IMG/VR virus record: IMGVR_UViG_2695420427_000002
Direction: 5' to 3' (one strand)
DNA length: 8,008 bases
Source of the DNA: a virus
Taxonomy: Duplodnaviria; Heunggongvirae; Uroviricota; Caudoviricetes
Part shown: positions 6,968 through 8,008 of the stretch, piece by piece
How the letters are laid out: each line of letters begins with the position of its first letter
How positions within the stretch are numbered: position 1 is the stretch's first letter
The notes under the pieces: generated by a model
Told to the model about the DNA's origin: nothing
Seen by the model: only the letters and a program-made list of their open reading frames with translations
Databases searched by the model: none
Position numbers and translations under genes: made by a program

Positions 6968-7143
6968 AGCCTGCTTCTCCTTGCCTTTCGGCATGTAAGA
7001 GGCTAACCTACATGTGCAAAGCATGAAATTGGCCTCAGATTAATGTTAAGCGTCTTGCCGGACGCGTAATGTTAACTGGGGCTTTTCTCTATCTGCCTTT
7101 TGGTGTTCATGCCTGAAGCAGATAGCCTCAAGCACCCGCAGTC

Positions 7144-7173
7144 ATTCTACTTACCTCGCCAATATGAAATCAA
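7144..7173 (-). promoter_or_regulatory. Candidate hok mRNA promoter (TTGATT-18-TAGAAT)
   Basis: Minus-strand -35 TTGATT (plus 7168-7173), 18-bp spacer, -10 TAGAAT (plus 7144-7149). Predicted start about 170 nt upstream of the hok ATG, consistent with the long leaders of hok-family mRNAs. Lies outside the repeat, so only this hok copy has it. Confidence 0.35.
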
Positions 7174-7194
7174 TCAGAAAGGTGCCCCATAAAA

Positions 7195-7881
7195 TCACTC
7201 CTTCTCTTCTTTACCGTAGTGGAGTTGACCAATTTTGATAAGAGGGCGTCCCTGAGATTTGCGGTGTAGATTGGTATCGCGCAGAGAATACACACAGCCA
7301 CAATATTCCTGCTGATAGAATTTTTCGCGCTTGCTGATTTCAATCATACGGGACGAGCCGCCCTGCTTGCGCCAGTTATAATCCCAGTACACCATGCCCG
7401 GATAATGCGCGACGGCTCGCCGCCCACAGTCGTTAACCTGCTGCATATTTTTCCAGCGTGAAATGCCCAGTGAACTGCTGATCACACTGAAACCATTTTC
7501 AGCGGCGTACAGCGCTGTCCGCTCAAAACGCATGTCAAAACACATGGTGCAACGGATCCCTCGTTCGGGCTCCCATTCCATTCCTTTGGCTCGTTCAAAC
7601 CAGTTGTCTGTGTCGTAATCAGCATCAATAAACGGCACGCCGTGTTGTTCAGCAAAGCGAATATTCTCATCCTTACGAATTAAATACTCTTTCTGAGGAT
7701 GAATGTTCGGGTTGTAGAAAAAGATGGTGTAGTCGATTCCCGAGGCCTGAAGCGCCTCCATCACCTCACCGGAACATGGAGCACAGCAAGAGTGCAGTAG
7801 TAGTTTGTTTGCCCCGTTTGGGAGCTCCAATTTGGGCCGTTTGAAATCAGCAACTGTCATAAATATGTTTATTGGGGTCAT
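7195..7881 (-). CDS. queH: QueH-like epoxyqueuosine reductase (DUF208 family), 228 aa
   Basis: Long clean ORF with the Cys-rich HSCCAPCS motif near the N-terminus and a C-terminal CGC motif, which I recognise as the DUF208/QueH signature. No obvious Shine-Dalgarno at either candidate start (7881 or 7860). Confidence 0.6.
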   Translation of the reverse strand: MTPINIFMTVADFKRPKLELPNGANKLLLHSCCAPCSGEVMEALQASGIDYTIFFYNPNIHPQKEYLIRKDENIRFAEQHGVPFIDADYDTDNWFERAKGMEWEPERGIRCTMCFDMRFERTALYAAENGFSVISSSLGISRWKNMQQVNDCGRRAVAHYPGMVYWDYNWRKQGGSSRMIEISKREKFYQQEYCGCVYSLRDTNLHRKSQGRPLIKIGQLHYGKEEKE

Positions 7882-8008
7882 AAAAATATCAAAGAGTGTA
7901 GCATTAGAACGGGGCTATCGGAAACAGATGTGTGACTGCTCCCCGCCCTTTCGGGTGGTCTCCTGATGATTTGAGGGTGCAGAAATCCCTCCGGTTAAGG
8001 ATTAAATT

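Larger units (their letters stand above)
5120..7117. repeat. 1998-bp tandem direct repeat, unit B
   Basis: See unit A. Right end at 7117 is followed by unique sequence containing the hok promoter candidate; left end at 5120 abuts unit A with no appreciable microhomology (…gcctgaa | aagttcag…). Confidence 0.9.

Noticed and set aside
1160-7117. CRISPR array or insertion sequence as the explanation for the direct repeats
   Set aside because: Repeat units are 1.6-2 kb and contain whole genes, not 25-40 bp repeats with spacers. No terminal inverted repeats, target-site duplications or transposase were found.
7882-8008. Possible preQ1 riboswitch or structured leader upstream of the queH-like gene
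   Set aside because: Only a weak 6-bp hairpin (about 7944-7957) and a loose resemblance to the preQ1-I motif; no convincing stem plus A-rich tail.

Overview
This window reads as the late-regulatory end of a lambdoid (Qin-like) enterobacterial prophage, with every supported gene on the minus strand. In transcription order (high to low coordinates): a QueH-like (DUF208) gene; a hok-family type I toxin locus; then an operon of a 95-aa protein, a 199-aa protein of unknown function, a 96-aa Cys-rich YbcO-like protein and a 184-aa protein at the position of antiterminator Q; a short terminator; a promoter; four tightly packed tRNA genes (CAU, UCU, UGU, UCC anticodons); about 600 bp of structured non-coding DNA; and a strong terminator. 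The most striking feature is that the unknown-YbcO-like-Q cassette is present three times in tandem as mosaic copies. Two units form a 1998-bp direct repeat (3122-5119 and 5120-7117) that also duplicates hok and the 95-aa gene and truncates one Q copy at a blunt junction. A third cassette copy (1160-2615) is separated by a unique 167-bp junction. All calls rest on reading the sequence and on family knowledge from memory; no database search was run. Plus-strand ORFs in the supplied track lie antisense to these genes and are treated as spurious.
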